A stretch of 62,342 nucleotides of DNA, counting the filler, from Hausera hauseri (Eukaryota): the NCBI GenBank assembly GCA_046269625.1. It is 11 parts of 11 records of this genome, joined end to end, with 100 filler letters (N's around TTAATTAATTAA, not from the genome) between each part and the next. Parts side by side here need not be neighbours in the genome. Positions count along the whole stretch, not along the records: positions 58,144 to 62,342 come from JBJURY010705549.1; 10 more parts are not named here. One strand, 5' to 3'. Of this stretch, positions 61,495-62,342 are shown piece after piece. The notes under the pieces were generated by a model that was not told the origin of the DNA, did not search any database, and was given only the letters and a program-made list of their open reading frames with translations. Every line of letters starts with the position of its first letter. Position 1 is the stretch's first letter. The position numbers and the translations under genes were made by a program.

Positions 61495-62342
61495 ATGCAA
61501 GATGATGAAGAGGTGGAATTAAGTCAAAAAATTCTACATCTTTGTGCAAACCTGCATGATCAAGATCCAGGAATTTTGCAAGTCAAAATCATCAAATTTA
61601 TCATAGTATCAGAATGGAATGTGCATTTATTCTTACTCTGTCCCACAGAAATATGGAAGTTGTCTGCAAGGCACTGGACGATAAGGTATTTGACCGTGAG
61701 AAGCGATTTACCGTGAAATCGTCGGTATTTGAACGAGTAATTCATGATAATACCTGTCTACAGATACAAGACCTCCCCATAGAAAGAATATCACAAATGG
61801 AACAACTGACCATTTTGAAATGGCGATCATTTCTCTGTGTACCCATTGTTAATCAAGCCGACTGTACAGTTAGCGCCTTGGTTTGCCTTATAAATAAAAT
61901 GGGATCTGATAGATTTTCCGAAAAAGACATTTTCATAACCAAATTAGTGTTTCGGTATACTGCAGCCGTGTTAACAAGCAGCGTTTCATTTCAAAACAAA
62001 AGAAAACTCAAAGTTCAGATTGAGACTATGATTCAAGTGGCAATGAATATTTTCCGTAAGCTGGAAGATTTGACAGTACTGATGAAGGAAATCATAACGG
62101 AAGCAAAAAAGCTTACGGATGCAGAATAATGCTCTGTATTTCTCGTCGACAATGACTCGAAGGAGTTAGTTGCAAAGGTTTTTGATGGATTGACTACAGT
62201 TTCCGATACTTGTCAACATCCAAAGGAGATATAATCCCAACTAACCAATGTGTGGCAGGCCATGTTGCATGTACTAAAGAGATGCTAAATATATCAGATG
62301 CCTACAGTTACCCCTTGTTTTATCGGAAAGTTGATGATGAAA
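61495..62342 (+). pseudogene. PDE2A: cGMP-stimulated phosphodiesterase 2 GAF-A/GAF-B region, intronless and disrupted
   Basis: KIL.LC..L.D.D...LQ.K, LCVP+V, YT..VLTS...FQ...[44 protein letters not shown]; frameshift at ~61610, stop at 62127, frameshift at ~62230. Confidence 0.88.

Noticed and set aside
1-62342. Prokaryotic features (CRISPR arrays, rRNA, tRNA genes, operons)
   Set aside because: None seen. All recognisable content is eukaryotic, and the only tRNA-like sequence is the 18-nt PBS.

Overview
This window is not one continuous locus. It is 11 short contigs (about 4-10 kb) joined by identical artificial 100-nt spacers (44 N + TTAATTAATTAA + 44 N), so adjacency across spacers is meaningless. 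The content is eukaryotic, probably from an invertebrate animal, and dominated by mobile elements. It includes a decayed hATm-type DNA transposon, several decayed Ty3/Gypsy elements (two of the CsRn1-like CHCC-gag type), a decayed BEL/Pao element, five decayed Polinton/Maverick-type protein-primed PolB loci, and scattered broken host-gene fragments (LicD-like, classical PKC, COPS2, DOCK DHR-2, PDE2). The best-preserved object is an apparently intact ~9.9-kb Gypsy element (48328-58043, minus strand) assembled as a circle. It has an LTR with a tRNA-iMet PBS and PPT, a 4-knuckle gag and a GGGAAAC -1 frameshift. Its pol carries an OTU-like domain between RNase H and integrase plus a tail of repeated acidic FxGF motifs. 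A third ORF in the env position encodes an SGNH hydrolase. Ubiquitin-system modules recur independently in three different retroelements: an OTU-like domain in Gypsy pol, a ubiquitin-like domain ending in LKGG in BEL gag, and a ubiquitin-like domain downstream of another Gypsy gag. All calls come from motif recognition by eye; no database searches were run.
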